Shown here piece after piece: positions 8,779 to 18,734 of a DNA stretch of 64,000 nucleotides. The notes under the pieces are model-generated. The model ran no database searches and had not been told where the DNA came from. It was given only the letters and a program-made list of their open reading frames with translations. This DNA comes from Candidatus Saccharimonadia bacterium (GTDB lineage Bacteria > Patescibacteriota > SICC01). Every line of letters starts with the position of its first letter. The stretch's first letter is position 1. Position numbers and translations under genes: made by a program. The DNA lies in contig JANWJF010000001.1 in NCBI GenBank assembly GCA_025449535.1, forward strand, positions 303,344 through 367,343, read 5' to 3'.

Positions 8779-9432
8779 TCAGGGACTGGGAAAGACGACG
8801 ACCTGCGACTCGTTTTCCGGCAGGTCCGAATGCTTCAGCTTGAACGTCTTCTTCTCGAGCTTCCGTACCTTGCCGCCGACCTGCCCCAGGAACTTGTCTA
8901 CCGCGGCCAGCTCCTTCACCTTCAGCTTCGGAACCTGGTAATGCATCGGCACGGTAATCCGCGGTTGGAGCAGCTTCACCACGTCGGCCGCCGCCTTGGC
9001 ATCGATCGTGAAGTGGCCACCGACCGGCACGAACAGCACGTCGACGTCGCCGAGCCGTTCGACGGTGTCCTCGTCGAGGACGTGGCCGAGGTCGCCGAGA
9101 TGCACGAGGTGCATGTCGTCGACATGGAACGAATAGACCGTGTTCCGGCCACGGTCGGCTCCCTGTTTGTCGTCATGGTAGGTCGGGATGCCTTCGATCA
9201 TCACGCCCTTGGACTCGTACTCACCCGGCGTGTCGACCACGTACGGATCGCCGCCCTCGCGACCGGATACCGCCGCGACGTTGGCATGGTCGAAGTGGTC
9301 GTGCGACACGAGCAGCACGTCGGCCTCGAGCTTCGGCTCCTTGAGTCCGATGTCCGCGAACGGGTCGACCGCGACCGTCGCGTCCTTCCCTTTCACTAGG
9401 AAGCAGGATTGTCCGTACCAAGTGATATCCAT
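8779..9432 (-). CDS. MBL-fold metallo-hydrolase
   Basis: ITWYGQSCF, SHDHFDH, HLGDLG, PMHY. Confidence 0.9.
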   Translation of the reverse strand: MDITWYGQSCFLVKGKDATVAVDPFADIGLKEPKLEADVLLVSHDHFDHANVAAVSGREGGDPYVVDTPGEYESKGVMIEGIPTYHDDKQGADRGRNTVYSFHVDDMHLVHLGDLGHVLDEDTVERLGDVDVLFVPVGGHFTIDAKAAADVVKLLQPRITVPMHYQVPKLKVKELAAVDKFLGQVGGKVRKLEKKTFKLKHSDLPENESQVVVFPSP

Positions 9433-9524
9433 CAGATTCAGTATACCGTGGCCGCTGGTGACTTTTCTCGTCCGGCGGCCATGAAGGGGAACGTACATGA
9501 TTGCCTGGTGTATCCTTGAGCGGT

Positions 9525-10241
9525 ATGACTTTGACCAGCGCCACCACCCACGTGCTTGCCGGGACCACTCGCCGCAGCGACGGCGATTGGGGCGAACAGC
9601 GCGTCCCCGTCCAGCTCGCCGAGCTGAAGCGGCTGGTGTCCCGCCGGTACGGCGGCGTGCCGCAGCGGATCGTCTGGATGAAGCAGGTCCACGGCGCCCA
9701 GGTGCACCCGATCACCGACGAGGACGGCGAGGTCGAGCCGGGGGACGCACTGATCACGGACCGCCCGGGTGTCCTCCTGACGATCCGGACCGCGGACTGC
9801 GTCCCGGTGTTCCTGGAATCCGAGGACGCGATCGGGATCGTCCACGTCGGCCTGGCCGGCGCCCTCAAGCAGGTCTTCCCGCGGGCCGTCCGGGCGATGC
9901 GCCGCGAGTACAAGGTACGGCCGGAGGAACTGCTGGTCCGGTTCGGTCCGCACATCTGCAGCTCCTGCTACGAGATGTCACCGAACAACCTGGCGCTGCT
10001 CGAGAAGTATCCCGAAGCGAAGCGGTACGCCAGTCCGCGCGGCGACCGGCGGTTCTTCTCACTGATCGACCTACTGGTCTCCCAGGCCGGGGAGCTTGGC
10101 GTGCGGCATCTGGAGGCGGACCCCCGGTGCACGTATCACGACAGCGACCTGTTCTCCGCCCGCCGCGGACATCAGGACAGCCGGCAGCTCTCGTTCGTGA
10201 TGATGACCCGTCCCGGCCAAGGCCAGCCCCCGCATGCTTGA
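9525..10241 (+). CDS. pgeF: YfiH/PgeF (LACC1-like) laccase-domain protein
   Basis: QVHG, DALIT, TADCVPV, GPHICSSCYE and CT..LFSARR motifs. Confidence 0.88.
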   Translation: MTLTSATTHVLAGTTRRSDGDWGEQRVPVQLAELKRLVSRRYGGVPQRIVWMKQVHGAQVHPITDEDGEVEPGDALITDRPGVLLTIRTADCVPVFLESEDAIGIVHVGLAGALKQVFPRAVRAMRREYKVRPEELLVRFGPHICSSCYEMSPNNLALLEKYPEAKRYASPRGDRRFFSLIDLLVSQAGELGVRHLEADPRCTYHDSDLFSARRGHQDSRQLSFVMMTRPGQGQPPHA

Positions 10242-10665
10242 GACGCCACACAGCATCGTCGGCGGCGCGGTCGGGGCGGCCGTCGGCAATCCGGCCGGCG
10301 CCTTCGCGGCCGGGGTCGGCTCGCACTTCCTTGGGGACATGCTGCCGCACTGGAACCCGAACTTCCCGTTCAAATCCAAGGCGCTGTACGCCTTCGTGAT
10401 CGCCGACTTCGTGGTCGCGGAAGCGTTGGTCGTGCTGCTCTGGTTCCTGTTCCCCGACCGCCCGGAGGTCGCGATCGGCGCGTTCGCCGGGACGCTGCCG
10501 GACGTCCTGCTCGGCATCCGGTTCACCTTCAAGGTGCAACGGCTCCGCGCGTACGAGCGGTTCCACAGCCTGGTCCATTGGGAGGTGCCTATCCGCTACG
10601 GCCTCTGGCCGCAGTTAGCGGTTTCTGTACTGGGCTCGTGGTACCTACTCCAGCAGGTACAGTAA
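10234..10665 (+). CDS. Membrane protein (metal-dependent hydrolase-like)
   Basis: TPH, SHFLGDMLPH and LPD motifs; hydrophobic segments. Confidence 0.7.
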   Translation: MLETPHSIVGGAVGAAVGNPAGAFAAGVGSHFLGDMLPHWNPNFPFKSKALYAFVIADFVVAEALVVLLWFLFPDRPEVAIGAFAGTLPDVLLGIRFTFKVQRLRAYERFHSLVHWEVPIRYGLWPQLAVSVLGSWYLLQQVQ

Positions 10666-10671
10666 AGTCAG

Positions 10672-11250
10672 ATGGCCTACCTCACGTTCCAATATTCCAG
10701 CGTCTACAACCGCTTTATCAAGCAGCGCAGCGACAACCCCGATGCGTATCCTGACCAAGCTACACTGACGAACTACCTCGGCGATGTCGAGAAGCTTTGG
10801 AGGCAGCGCGGTGAAAAAGTGCTGACGATTATCGAAACCCGACTCGGTATTCCTTGGGATAACAAAGAGCACGTCTGTTACGTAATGGGTCTGAAGCGGA
10901 GTTTCTCCAATCCTTTGTCGCTTGGATTCCTTCCCAACACTGAACGGGCATTCGATGTCCTGACCCACGAGATGATCCACCGGTACTTCATTCAGCGGGA
11001 TAGGAAGCTAGTCAAAACGGACGGCTTCCAGCAGTTGATGCAGCAATATGCAGACGAGCCGCTGCCGACCAAGAATCACGTTCCGGTCCACGCCCTACAC
11101 CAGCACGTGTACGAAAAGCTCGACCGTCAAAAAGAAATGCAGGAAGAAATTGCCAACTTAATCCGCGACGAATACAAACGTTCTTGGTACATCGTCCAGG
11201 AAGTCGGCGCGGAAAAGATTCTCGATAGGATTGCGGCCCGGCCTAGATGA
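10672..11250 (+). CDS. Hypothetical HExxH zinc-metalloprotease-like protein
   Basis: THEMIH motif; lower GC. Confidence 0.65.
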   Translation: MAYLTFQYSSVYNRFIKQRSDNPDAYPDQATLTNYLGDVEKLWRQRGEKVLTIIETRLGIPWDNKEHVCYVMGLKRSFSNPLSLGFLPNTERAFDVLTHEMIHRYFIQRDRKLVKTDGFQQLMQQYADEPLPTKNHVPVHALHQHVYEKLDRQKEMQEEIANLIRDEYKRSWYIVQEVGAEKILDRIAARPR

Positions 11251-11881
11251 CTTTCGTCGGGACGCGCGTCTGGACGTTGAGTTCGTCGATGACGACCTTC
11301 TTCGGATCGGAAAGCATCAGGGTCAGGAAACGGTCGAACAGCTGGGTCCGGTAGGCGAACTCCGTCTCGCTCATGATCGTGTAGCGGATCTCGCCGTGCT
11401 TCACCTGGAGTCCCTTGAGGTAATCGGAGAAGAGGTCCTCGTCCGGTTCCCCGACGAGCAACAGGTCGGCCGGCGACTCCTTGGAGTTCACGAACTTCCC
11501 GTTCTGGACGACCAGCTTGACGTTACCGAGCGACGGCGGCGGGGTCGGCTCACCCGGCAGCGCCCCGAGGACCTGTCGCCGCGCGACTTCCTCGGTCTCC
11601 GCGGCCTGCGGCGGCATCTCCGCGAAGAGCAACCGCATCTCGTTGATGCCCGGCGCCGACTGGTCGAGCCGGTAATACAGCTTGCCCTGACTCTTCTTCT
11701 TGCTCACCAAACCGGCCGTCTCGAGGTTGCCGAGCTCGTGCCGGATCGCGTTGATGTGATCCGACAGCATCCTGGTCAGCTCCCGGACATAGTACTTCTG
11801 TCCCGGATCCTTCAGGAAATGACGCAGCAGCTTCACGCGCGTCTTGGAGCCGAAAAGAATGGTCAGTTGTTCGTTGGTCAT
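11243..11881 (-). CDS. Winged-helix (ArsR-like) DNA-binding protein
   Basis: LFGSKTRVKLL...YYVRELTR...INAIRHELGNLE..GLV. Confidence 0.8.
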   Translation of the reverse strand: MTNEQLTILFGSKTRVKLLRHFLKDPGQKYYVRELTRMLSDHINAIRHELGNLETAGLVSKKKSQGKLYYRLDQSAPGINEMRLLFAEMPPQAAETEEVARRQVLGALPGEPTPPPSLGNVKLVVQNGKFVNSKESPADLLLVGEPDEDLFSDYLKGLQVKHGEIRYTIMSETEFAYRTQLFDRFLTLMLSDPKKVVIDELNVQTRVPTKVI

Positions 11882-11970
11882 GGGGTATCAGCGCTACCTA
11901 CGACACCGTAGCATATCGAGTGAATTTCGAATAAGCAAGTTGCGCGGCAACGATATCGCTGAGCAACTGG

Positions 11971-13353
11971 TTACGAAGGAATGCGCTTCACTTGTTCAGT
12001 GAAGAACCGGCCTCGATCAGTATAGCTCTTGAACCAACCGAAGCTGGTGGCGGCCGGCGAGAACAGGACGGTATCCCCTTTCCGGGCCAGCTTGCGGGCA
12101 GCCGGAACGATCTGCTGCTTGCGACGGATGTCGGTGACTTCGGGCATGGGCTTGCCGGCCTTGCGGAAGGCGCGGCGGAACGCCCGGACGATCTTCTCTC
12201 CTTCCAACGGCATGGCCACGATGCCGCGGACATCCTTCCGGGCCGCTTCCTCCGCCAGTCCTTCGAAGCGCAGGCCCTTCTTCTGCCCGCCAACGATGAG
12301 CACCAGCGGCGTGTCGATGCTGGCGACCGCCGGGGTCGCCGCCGTCTCGCTGGTGGCATAGGAGTCGTTGAAGTAGCGGACGCCTCCTTTGGCACCGAGG
12401 TACTCGAGGTGATACGGGAGCCCGCGGAACTCCTTGGCGGCCTTGGTGATCGCGGAGGTGCCGACGCCGCAGGCCGATGCGGCCAGGGCCGCGGCCAGGA
12501 CGTTCGCGCGGTTGTGCTCGCCGGGTACCTGCAGGTCCGATTCCCGGAGCAGCCGCTTGTTCCCGGCGGCCAGCCAGCCGTCTTTGAGCAAAGCGTCGGC
12601 TGGTTTCCGCGTCGAAAACCACCGGACCCGGCCCGGACCGCCCGCGAACGGCTTGCTTCCCGGGTCGTCCGCGTTCAGGACCGCCAGGTCACCGCGGCGC
12701 TGGTACTTCGTGATCGACCGCTTCGCGCCCCGGTACTCCCGGAGGCTGCGATGGTAGTCGAGATGGTCCGCGGTCACGTTAGTGACTACCGCCACTTGGG
12801 GTGACCGGTCCAGGTCTTGGAGCTGGTAACTGGAAAGCTCGAGTACGACCGTATCTCCGGACTTCACGTAGTCCAGGAAGTTCAGCATCGGTCGGCCGAT
12901 GTTCCCGCCGAGCCAGACGCGCTTGCGACCCATGTAGCCGGCCTTGAACATCCGGGCGATCAGCGAGCTCGTCGTGCCTTTCCCTTTGGTACCGGTGACG
13001 CCGACGATCCGTGCCGGGCAGCGTTCGAAGAAGACCTTGGTCTGCGAGGTCACCGTCACGCCTGCCTTCACGGCCCGTTGGATCTCCGGACTGAAGTACG
13101 GCCGGAGCGGCGTCCGGACGACGATCTCATAGTCGGTGATGCCCTTGAGGTAGTCCCGTCCGAACCGGAACGTCGTGATGCCGGCTTTCTGCAGGTCACG
13201 GACGGTCGTCCGGAGCTGGGCGTGCGACATCCGGTCGCCGACCGTGACGTCGGCGCCGTGGCGCTTGAACCAGCAAGCCGAGGACACGCCTTCTCGTCCC
13301 GCGCCCACGACCAAGACCTTCCGGCCGGCGTAGTCGGTCGAGCGGCCCGCCAT
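11971..13353 (-). CDS. murD: UDP-N-acetylmuramoyl-L-alanine--D-glutamate ligase
   Basis: GVTGTKGKGTT, GGNIG, ELSSYQL, DHLDYH, NDS and SPAATSF motifs. Confidence 0.95.
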   Translation of the reverse strand: MAGRSTDYAGRKVLVVGAGREGVSSACWFKRHGADVTVGDRMSHAQLRTTVRDLQKAGITTFRFGRDYLKGITDYEIVVRTPLRPYFSPEIQRAVKAGVTVTSQTKVFFERCPARIVGVTGTKGKGTTSSLIARMFKAGYMGRKRVWLGGNIGRPMLNFLDYVKSGDTVVLELSSYQLQDLDRSPQVAVVTNVTADHLDYHRSLREYRGAKRSITKYQRRGDLAVLNADDPGSKPFAGGPGRVRWFSTRKPADALLKDGWLAAGNKRLLRESDLQVPGEHNRANVLAAALAASACGVGTSAITKAAKEFRGLPYHLEYLGAKGGVRYFNDSYATSETAATPAVASIDTPLVLIVGGQKKGLRFEGLAEEAARKDVRGIVAMPLEGEKIVRAFRRAFRKAGKPMPEVTDIRRKQQIVPAARKLARKGDTVLFSPAATSFGWFKSYTDRGRFFTEQVKRIPS

Positions 13354-13357
13354 GATG

Positions 13358-13567
13358 CTACCGGTTCGCCAGGTAGACGATCTCGAACCCGAACGCCACC
13401 CAGGCCAGGATCATGAAGAACCAGACGATCGGGCTCTTCAACGACGACTTCAACACGGCCTTCGGGTCGTCATCGTGACGGAACCGCTTCAGGAAGATCA
13501 GCCCGAGCACGAACAACGCGACCCCGAACAGGCGGCCGAAGAGCAGAGGGAGCGAGTAGCCGAACAT
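13358..13567 (-). CDS. Small two-TM membrane protein
   Basis: Two hydrophobic segments; overlaps the stop of the ABC ATPase. Confidence 0.65.
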   Translation of the reverse strand: MFGYSLPLLFGRLFGVALFVLGLIFLKRFRHDDDPKAVLKSSLKSPIVWFFMILAWVAFGFEIVYLANR

Positions 13568-14391
13568 TACTTCTTCTTTCGGTTCTTAGGCGCCAGCTTC
13601 CGAGGCTTCGTGGCGGGCCGCTTGCGTGGGGCCTGCCGCTTCTCGGGAACGACCTTGCCGTCGTCCATGTTTAGGACCCGGTCGGCGCGGTCGGCCACCG
13701 AATGGTCATGCGTCACGATCACGAACGTCTGGCCGGTCTGTTCGTTGAGTTCCTGGAGCAGGTCCATCACATCATCGGAAGTCTTGTGGTCGAGCTCGCC
13801 GGTCGGCTCGTCGGCCAGGACCACCGCCGGCGACAGCACCAGCGCCCGGGCCACGGCCACCCGCTGCTGCTCCCCGCCGGAGAGCTGGTTCGGCAAGTGG
13901 TTCTCCCGTTCCAGCATCCCCACCAGGCGCAGCGCCTCGCGGGCCTGCTCGCGGCCGGCCTTCCGCTTGCCACGGGCGTAGCGGAACGGCAGGTAGACGT
14001 TCTCGAACGCCGTCAGCGACGGGATCAGGTTCTTCTGCTGGAAGATCATGCCGACCTCGTTCTGCCGGAACAGCGGGACCTTCCGACGCTTCAGGTCGGT
14101 CACGTCGATTCCTGCGAACTTCACGGTCCCGGAGTCCGGCGTATCCAACAGGCCGATCACGTTGAGCAACGTGGTCTTACCGGAACCGGACGGTCCCATC
14201 AGCGCGACCATCTCGCCCCGTTGGACCTTCAGGCTCACGCCCTTGAGGACGCGGACTGGCTCGGCGCCGCTCTCGTACGTCCGGTGGACGCCGGTGACCT
14301 CCACCATCGGCGGCAGGTCCTTAAGGTCATCCTGCTTGGTGAAGAGCTTGCCCTTCATCCGTTGCGGCTTCTTCTTGCGGAACAAGGCCAT
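13567..14391 (-). CDS. ABC transporter ATP-binding protein (LolD/MacB type)
   Basis: GPSGSGKTT, LSGGEQQRV, ADEPTG, VTHD. Confidence 0.93.
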   Translation of the reverse strand: MALFRKKKPQRMKGKLFTKQDDLKDLPPMVEVTGVHRTYESGAEPVRVLKGVSLKVQRGEMVALMGPSGSGKTTLLNVIGLLDTPDSGTVKFAGIDVTDLKRRKVPLFRQNEVGMIFQQKNLIPSLTAFENVYLPFRYARGKRKAGREQAREALRLVGMLERENHLPNQLSGGEQQRVAVARALVLSPAVVLADEPTGELDHKTSDDVMDLLQELNEQTGQTFVIVTHDHSVADRADRVLNMDDGKVVPEKRQAPRKRPATKPRKLAPKNRKKK

Positions 14392-15554
14392 CACTCCTCC
14401 CTCAGCACCTTAACCGGCTTGATCCGCGTCGCCCGCCAGGCCGGGTAGAGTCCCGCCAGCACCCCAAGTACCACCGCAAAGCCGATCGACATGACGGCCA
14501 GCTCTGGCGTAAGCAGGAACAGCTCGAGGCCTTGCTGCTTGGTGATCGCATTGACGACGGCGGTCAGCGCCGCGCTGCCGAGGAACCCGAGGACGCCGCC
14601 GATCAGTCCGATCAATCCGGTCTCCGTGACCGTCTCCTTGAGGATGTGTCGCGCCCGGGCGCCGACCACCCGCTTCACGCCGATCTCCTTGCGCCGTTCG
14701 GTCACGCTCATGATCATCGTGTTGATCACGGACAGGCTGCCGACCAGCACCGCGATCAGGGCGCTGCCGAGGACGATCAGGTTGAACACCGCCGAGGCGT
14801 CCTCCAGCGTCTTCTTCAGTTGGTCCGGCGGCGTGCCGTCCACCCCGCTGATCGTCGACTCGATCTTCTCGGTCAGCTTCGTCGAGTCCACGCCCTCCTC
14901 CGGGAAGACGTTAATGTTCGTCACCAGTTCCTCGGTGCTGGTCGTGAACGAGGTGATATCCCGGGAGAGCGCCAGGGCGTCCGTCAGGGTGACCATGTAG
15001 AAGGAGTCCGGATCGGCGGTAGTCCGCTTCAGGATGCCGACCACTTCGAACTGCTTGCCGCGCAACGTGACCGTGTCGCCGACGTCGAGCTGCTTCTTCT
15101 GGACGACGTTCGAGCCGATCACCGTCTTGCCGGTGTCGCCGGCCTTCAGGGCCCGGCCTTCGCCGACCTCAAGCTGGAACTTGTCCTTGGCGGCCTCGGC
15201 TGGCGGCGCACCCTGGATCGTCTCCGGCGAGGACGCCACCGAGAACTCCGCGTCCGGTTCGGCCAGCAGCGACAACGTCGGATACGCCCGGTCCACGCCG
15301 TCGATCACCTCGATCCGGTCGGTGATACTGGACGGCAGCTGCGGCCCCACCGCGAACGGCCCGCCGAAGCCACCGCTGTCCTTAGTGACCAGGATCCGGC
15401 TGCTGAAGTAATCGATGCCGACCTGGATCGACTTGCTGAGGCTCTGCGACAACGCGCCCATCGTGGTCAGCGCGAAGATGCCGATCCCGATACCGAAGAT
15501 GGTCAGGGCGGATCGTGCCTTGCGGCGCCAGATGTTCCGGAGCGCTTCTCTCAC
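14391..15554 (-). CDS. ABC transporter permease (MacB/FtsX family)
   Basis: RSALTIFGIGIGI, SVTERRKEIG, GLYPAWRA; GTG 15554 follows a TACAAT box. Confidence 0.92.
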   Translation of the reverse strand: MREALRNIWRRKARSALTIFGIGIGIFALTTMGALSQSLSKSIQVGIDYFSSRILVTKDSGGFGGPFAVGPQLPSSITDRIEVIDGVDRAYPTLSLLAEPDAEFSVASSPETIQGAPPAEAAKDKFQLEVGEGRALKAGDTGKTVIGSNVVQKKQLDVGDTVTLRGKQFEVVGILKRTTADPDSFYMVTLTDALALSRDITSFTTSTEELVTNINVFPEEGVDSTKLTEKIESTISGVDGTPPDQLKKTLEDASAVFNLIVLGSALIAVLVGSLSVINTMIMSVTERRKEIGVKRVVGARARHILKETVTETGLIGLIGGVLGFLGSAALTAVVNAITKQQGLELFLLTPELAVMSIGFAVVLGVLAGLYPAWRATRIKPVKVLREE

Positions 15555-15591
15555 AAGGGTTATTGTACCAAGTGGCGTATGATTGGTGCGC

Positions 15592-16074
15592 ATGAATGGT
15601 CAAACTGTCGAGATGGCGAACGTTCCAGATAGGACCCGACTGACCTTAGACGTTGTCCGTCAATTAGAAATCATCGCCCTCGCCGAGGCCCTGGTGAATG
15701 CGCGGAGGATCGAGGACGAAGAGTCCCATGATTATTTCATTGAGCAGATTGCCAGGAGCGCGGCCAGTTCCGGTGAATACGAAGTCGCACGGTCCATCGC
15801 CCGGGAAGCCAAAGAATCACAGGTGACCGCATCGCTTGAAGCAAGCTTCGCGCGACAGGAGACCGATAGCGCGACGGAGGAAAATGACGAGGTGTTCGTA
15901 CCGGAACCGACGGATCCGGAACGGGATACCAATCGTTGGTTGGAAATCGCGACGCTGTTCGGAAGTCCTCGCGAAGAAGATGGCACCGTGGCGGCCATCG
16001 CCGACCTGATTCCAACAGATGACATGACCGGCTTGGAGCTATTCCAGACGGTGCTTGAGGCGGAAACGGCATAA
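15592..16074 (+). CDS. Acidic hypothetical protein
   Basis: Clean ORF divergent from the permease; TATGAT -10 8 nt upstream. Confidence 0.6.
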   Translation: MNGQTVEMANVPDRTRLTLDVVRQLEIIALAEALVNARRIEDEESHDYFIEQIARSAASSGEYEVARSIAREAKESQVTASLEASFARQETDSATEENDEVFVPEPTDPERDTNRWLEIATLFGSPREEDGTVAAIADLIPTDDMTGLELFQTVLEAETA

Positions 16075-16093
16075 GAAGAGCGAGAGGCGCTTT

Positions 16094-16741
16094 TTACTCC
16101 ATTAGACCAAGGGCCGTAGCATCCCGCAGGACCCGGTTCCGGACATTGCTGTCGCCGGACTTCTGAGCCCGACTTAGACATCGTTCCCGGATCGCGGAAT
16201 GCTTGGACCGCAAACCTTCCCGCAGGATCCGGCCGATCCGTTGCTCGCTGTCAAACGTCCGGGCGATATTCAATGCGAGGTTGGCTACTCCCTCGTTCTC
16301 GTTCCGGATACCGGCGCCCACCACCATACTTTGGTTGACGTCCCGCTTAATGTCGTCCACAGCGACCAGGGCCGCATGGGCGACGTACGTATCCGGGGAG
16401 CCGGCGGCGACCATCAAACCATCGCTGCGGTCATTCTCGCCTTCCACCTTGAGCAGGTGTCCGATCGCTTCCCGTCGGAGATCGGGATCTTCCGATGTCC
16501 GGATGACGTGAGTGAACACGTTCGCCCGGTGCTTGTCCAGCTCGAAGAACCGCGCCAGCTGCATACCCTCGCGCGTCGCGTCGCCGCCCTGCTCCACCAA
16601 CTGCCGCGCCATCGGCAGCAGGACCTTGCCCTCCTGCTCGGCACTCCACTTCCCGCCGTCCACGATGTCCTTAAAGAGTAATCGTTCTGCGTATACGAAT
16701 GCCTCGGTGCGAAGCGGGTGGTCGCCTAGTGGTTCGCTCAT
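16094..16741 (-). CDS. Hypothetical helical-repeat protein
   Basis: ORF with HEAT-like periodicity (inference). Confidence 0.6.
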   Translation of the reverse strand: MSEPLGDHPLRTEAFVYAERLLFKDIVDGGKWSAEQEGKVLLPMARQLVEQGGDATREGMQLARFFELDKHRANVFTHVIRTSEDPDLRREAIGHLLKVEGENDRSDGLMVAAGSPDTYVAHAALVAVDDIKRDVNQSMVVGAGIRNENEGVANLALNIARTFDSEQRIGRILREGLRSKHSAIRERCLSRAQKSGDSNVRNRVLRDATALGLME

Positions 16742-16800
16742 AGCGCTGTATTGTCTCGGTCAAACCAGTGAGTGTCAACGAAAAAGAGCGAGGGGCGCGG

Positions 16801-17019
16801 TTACAGACCCTTAAACAGTTCCTCGGCCCTAATTCCCAATCCCTTACATATCGAGTAGACCGTGTTAAGGCTTGGCTTTGCGTTTCCCTGCTCTATGGCC
16901 GCGACATGTTTTTCCGCGAGTCCCGCCAAGTCCGCCAGACGAGCTTGTGTATACCCCTTCTCTTTGCGGTATGTAGCAATTCTTAGCGCAACCTCACTAA
17001 AGAAGTTCCCTCGGTCCAT
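16801..17019 (-). CDS. XRE-family HTH transcriptional regulator
   Basis: RKEKGYTQARLADLAG...IEQG...PSLNTV..ICKGLG. Confidence 0.9.
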   Translation of the reverse strand: MDRGNFFSEVALRIATYRKEKGYTQARLADLAGLAEKHVAAIEQGNAKPSLNTVYSICKGLGIRAEELFKGL

Positions 17020-17041
17020 GCCCTAAGGGTAGGCAGATAGG

Positions 17042-17070
17042 TTGCCAGCTATGCTGTAATATTACATACT
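17042..17070 (+). promoter_or_regulatory. Promoter TTGCCA-17-CATACT with palindromic operator TGTAATATTACA (17055-17066)
   Basis: Perfect 12-bp palindrome in the promoter spacer, between divergent XRE and target genes. Confidence 0.6.
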
Positions 17071-17107
17071 TCCATCAAGAACTATTAATCAACTATAAGG
17101 AGGCTAC

Positions 17108-17485
17108 ATGGGCGAGGAAGTTAAAAAGAATTGGTTCGCGCGCCATAAAGTGCTGACTGGTATCGTCGGGGTAATACTGTTGTTGGGAATCGGTAGCGCA
17201 ATGAGTTCTACTGGGTCGGTAAGTACCGATACAGCAGATCAAAATCAGGGAGCAACACAAGAAGCACCAGTGAAGAAAGAGTCAAAAAAGCTCAGCTCTC
17301 AGGAAATTTATGAAAAAGTTCAGCCAGGCATGACCAAGGAAGAGGTTATCAAAATCGCCGGTCACGATCCGGACAACTGCATTAACTCTGACAGTGGTAC
17401 GTTTGGCTCCTCGGAAACCTGCTCATATGGGACCTTGTCTCTAATTTTCATGAATGGCGAATTAGAGAGTAAGACAAAGCTCTAA
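17108..17485 (+). CDS. Membrane-anchored small extracellular protein (DUF3862/BLIP-like)
   Basis: N-terminal TM; YEKVQPGMTKEEV motif; AAGGAGG SD; low GC. Confidence 0.75.
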   Translation: MGEEVKKNWFARHKVLTGIVGVILLLGIGSAMSSTGSVSTDTADQNQGATQEAPVKKESKKLSSQEIYEKVQPGMTKEEVIKIAGHDPDNCINSDSGTFGSSETCSYGTLSLIFMNGELESKTKL

Positions 17486-17545
17486 CTCTCTTTTAAGCAA
17501 GCTGCTAATATACAAAGGTGCAGCTTGGTAAGGTTGGTTTTTGTT

Positions 17546-18733
17546 TTACGACTCCGGCGTCGCGGTCGGGCTCGGGGACGGGGTCGGCGACGGGGTCGCG
17601 TTCTCGCCAGGGATCGGTGCGAACGGATCGCGGCGGCTGGTGGTGGCGGGCTTCAGCGGCGCACCGTACCGGTCGCGTGAAAGGATGCTCCGCCGTTCGT
17701 CGGCACTGAGGTCGATCGCCGGCGGGTTGTAGCCGGCGCCTTCCACGTCCGCCTGGGCCTTCTGGTTGAAGTACCAGAGCGTCCCGTAGGTCGACGTGAC
17801 GACGAGGACGGTCACGCCGGTCACCATCAGCGAGACCACGTGGCGCGAGGCGAACATCCGCGGAGTCAGCCGATTGTACTGCTTGAAGAAGTACAGCACC
17901 GCCCCCGGGATGAACAGGAACGTGACGACCAGCCGCCACTGGGTCTGTTCGACGGCCGTCGGATAGTCGCGGCGATAGCTGTCACGTAGCATCCGGACCC
18001 AGAAGGCCGTCGCGGCGAACGCCAGCACGGCCAGTGCGGCCACGACCGTCAGCTTCAGCGGAGAGAACGAGAGCACCATATCCCAGGCCTGCGCCGGCAG
18101 GCCGGCCAACGACCCGAGGTCCATGCCGCCCGCCTGTCGCAGGCCGAAGTGTTCTCCGGATACCACGGTGGCGCCGGCGACCAGCAGAACGCCTGCTCCC
18201 AGCAACGCCAGAAGTTCCCGATGCGCCTTATGGTCCGGGGTCATCGTGATCGAATCAAGCGCCTGCCGCTTCGCCCGCCTGGCGACGCGTTTGCGAACCG
18301 GCGTGGCAGCCCAGAGCGCGATCCGGCCGAGGAAGGACCAGGCGCCGAGCGCCCAGTAGGCAACGAGGGCCTCGACGGCCCGTCCGGACCGACCAGGTGT
18401 GCAGAAGACCGTGCCAGCCACCGAAGCGACCTCGGAGGCGATCTGCTTCAGTAGACCTTCTCCTGCCCGCGCGGTGCGCCGGGCAGGCTCGGCGACGGCG
18501 CGTTCCGCCGCGACCGCCTTGCGCGCGACGTCTCGCTCCACGGATGCGACCGCCCGGGTCGCCTTCCGTTCGTCCCGCCGGATCTGTCGAACTACGCGCG
18601 CGAACGCGCGCTCGGCGGCTTCGACGAACCCGACGACGCCGGCGTCCGCCTTGGCGACCAGCGCCTCCACGGAACGGTCGAACCGACGGAGTGTCCGTTT
18701 GGATGCCCTGCCGATCTGTGCGAACGGTCTCAT
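17546..18733 (-). CDS. Membrane protein in pil operon with a PilP-like C-terminal RDPF motif
   Basis: Downstream of pilO; several TMs; RRDPFAP followed by a PT-rich tail. Confidence 0.65.
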   Translation of the reverse strand: MRPFAQIGRASKRTLRRFDRSVEALVAKADAGVVGFVEAAERAFARVVRQIRRDERKATRAVASVERDVARKAVAAERAVAEPARRTARAGEGLLKQIASEVASVAGTVFCTPGRSGRAVEALVAYWALGAWSFLGRIALWAATPVRKRVARRAKRQALDSITMTPDHKAHRELLALLGAGVLLVAGATVVSGEHFGLRQAGGMDLGSLAGLPAQAWDMVLSFSPLKLTVVAALAVLAFAATAFWVRMLRDSYRRDYPTAVEQTQWRLVVTFLFIPGAVLYFFKQYNRLTPRMFASRHVVSLMVTGVTVLVVTSTYGTLWYFNQKAQADVEGAGYNPPAIDLSADERRSILSRDRYGAPLKPATTSRRDPFAPIPGENATPSPTPSPSPTATPES

Positions 18734-18734
18734 G

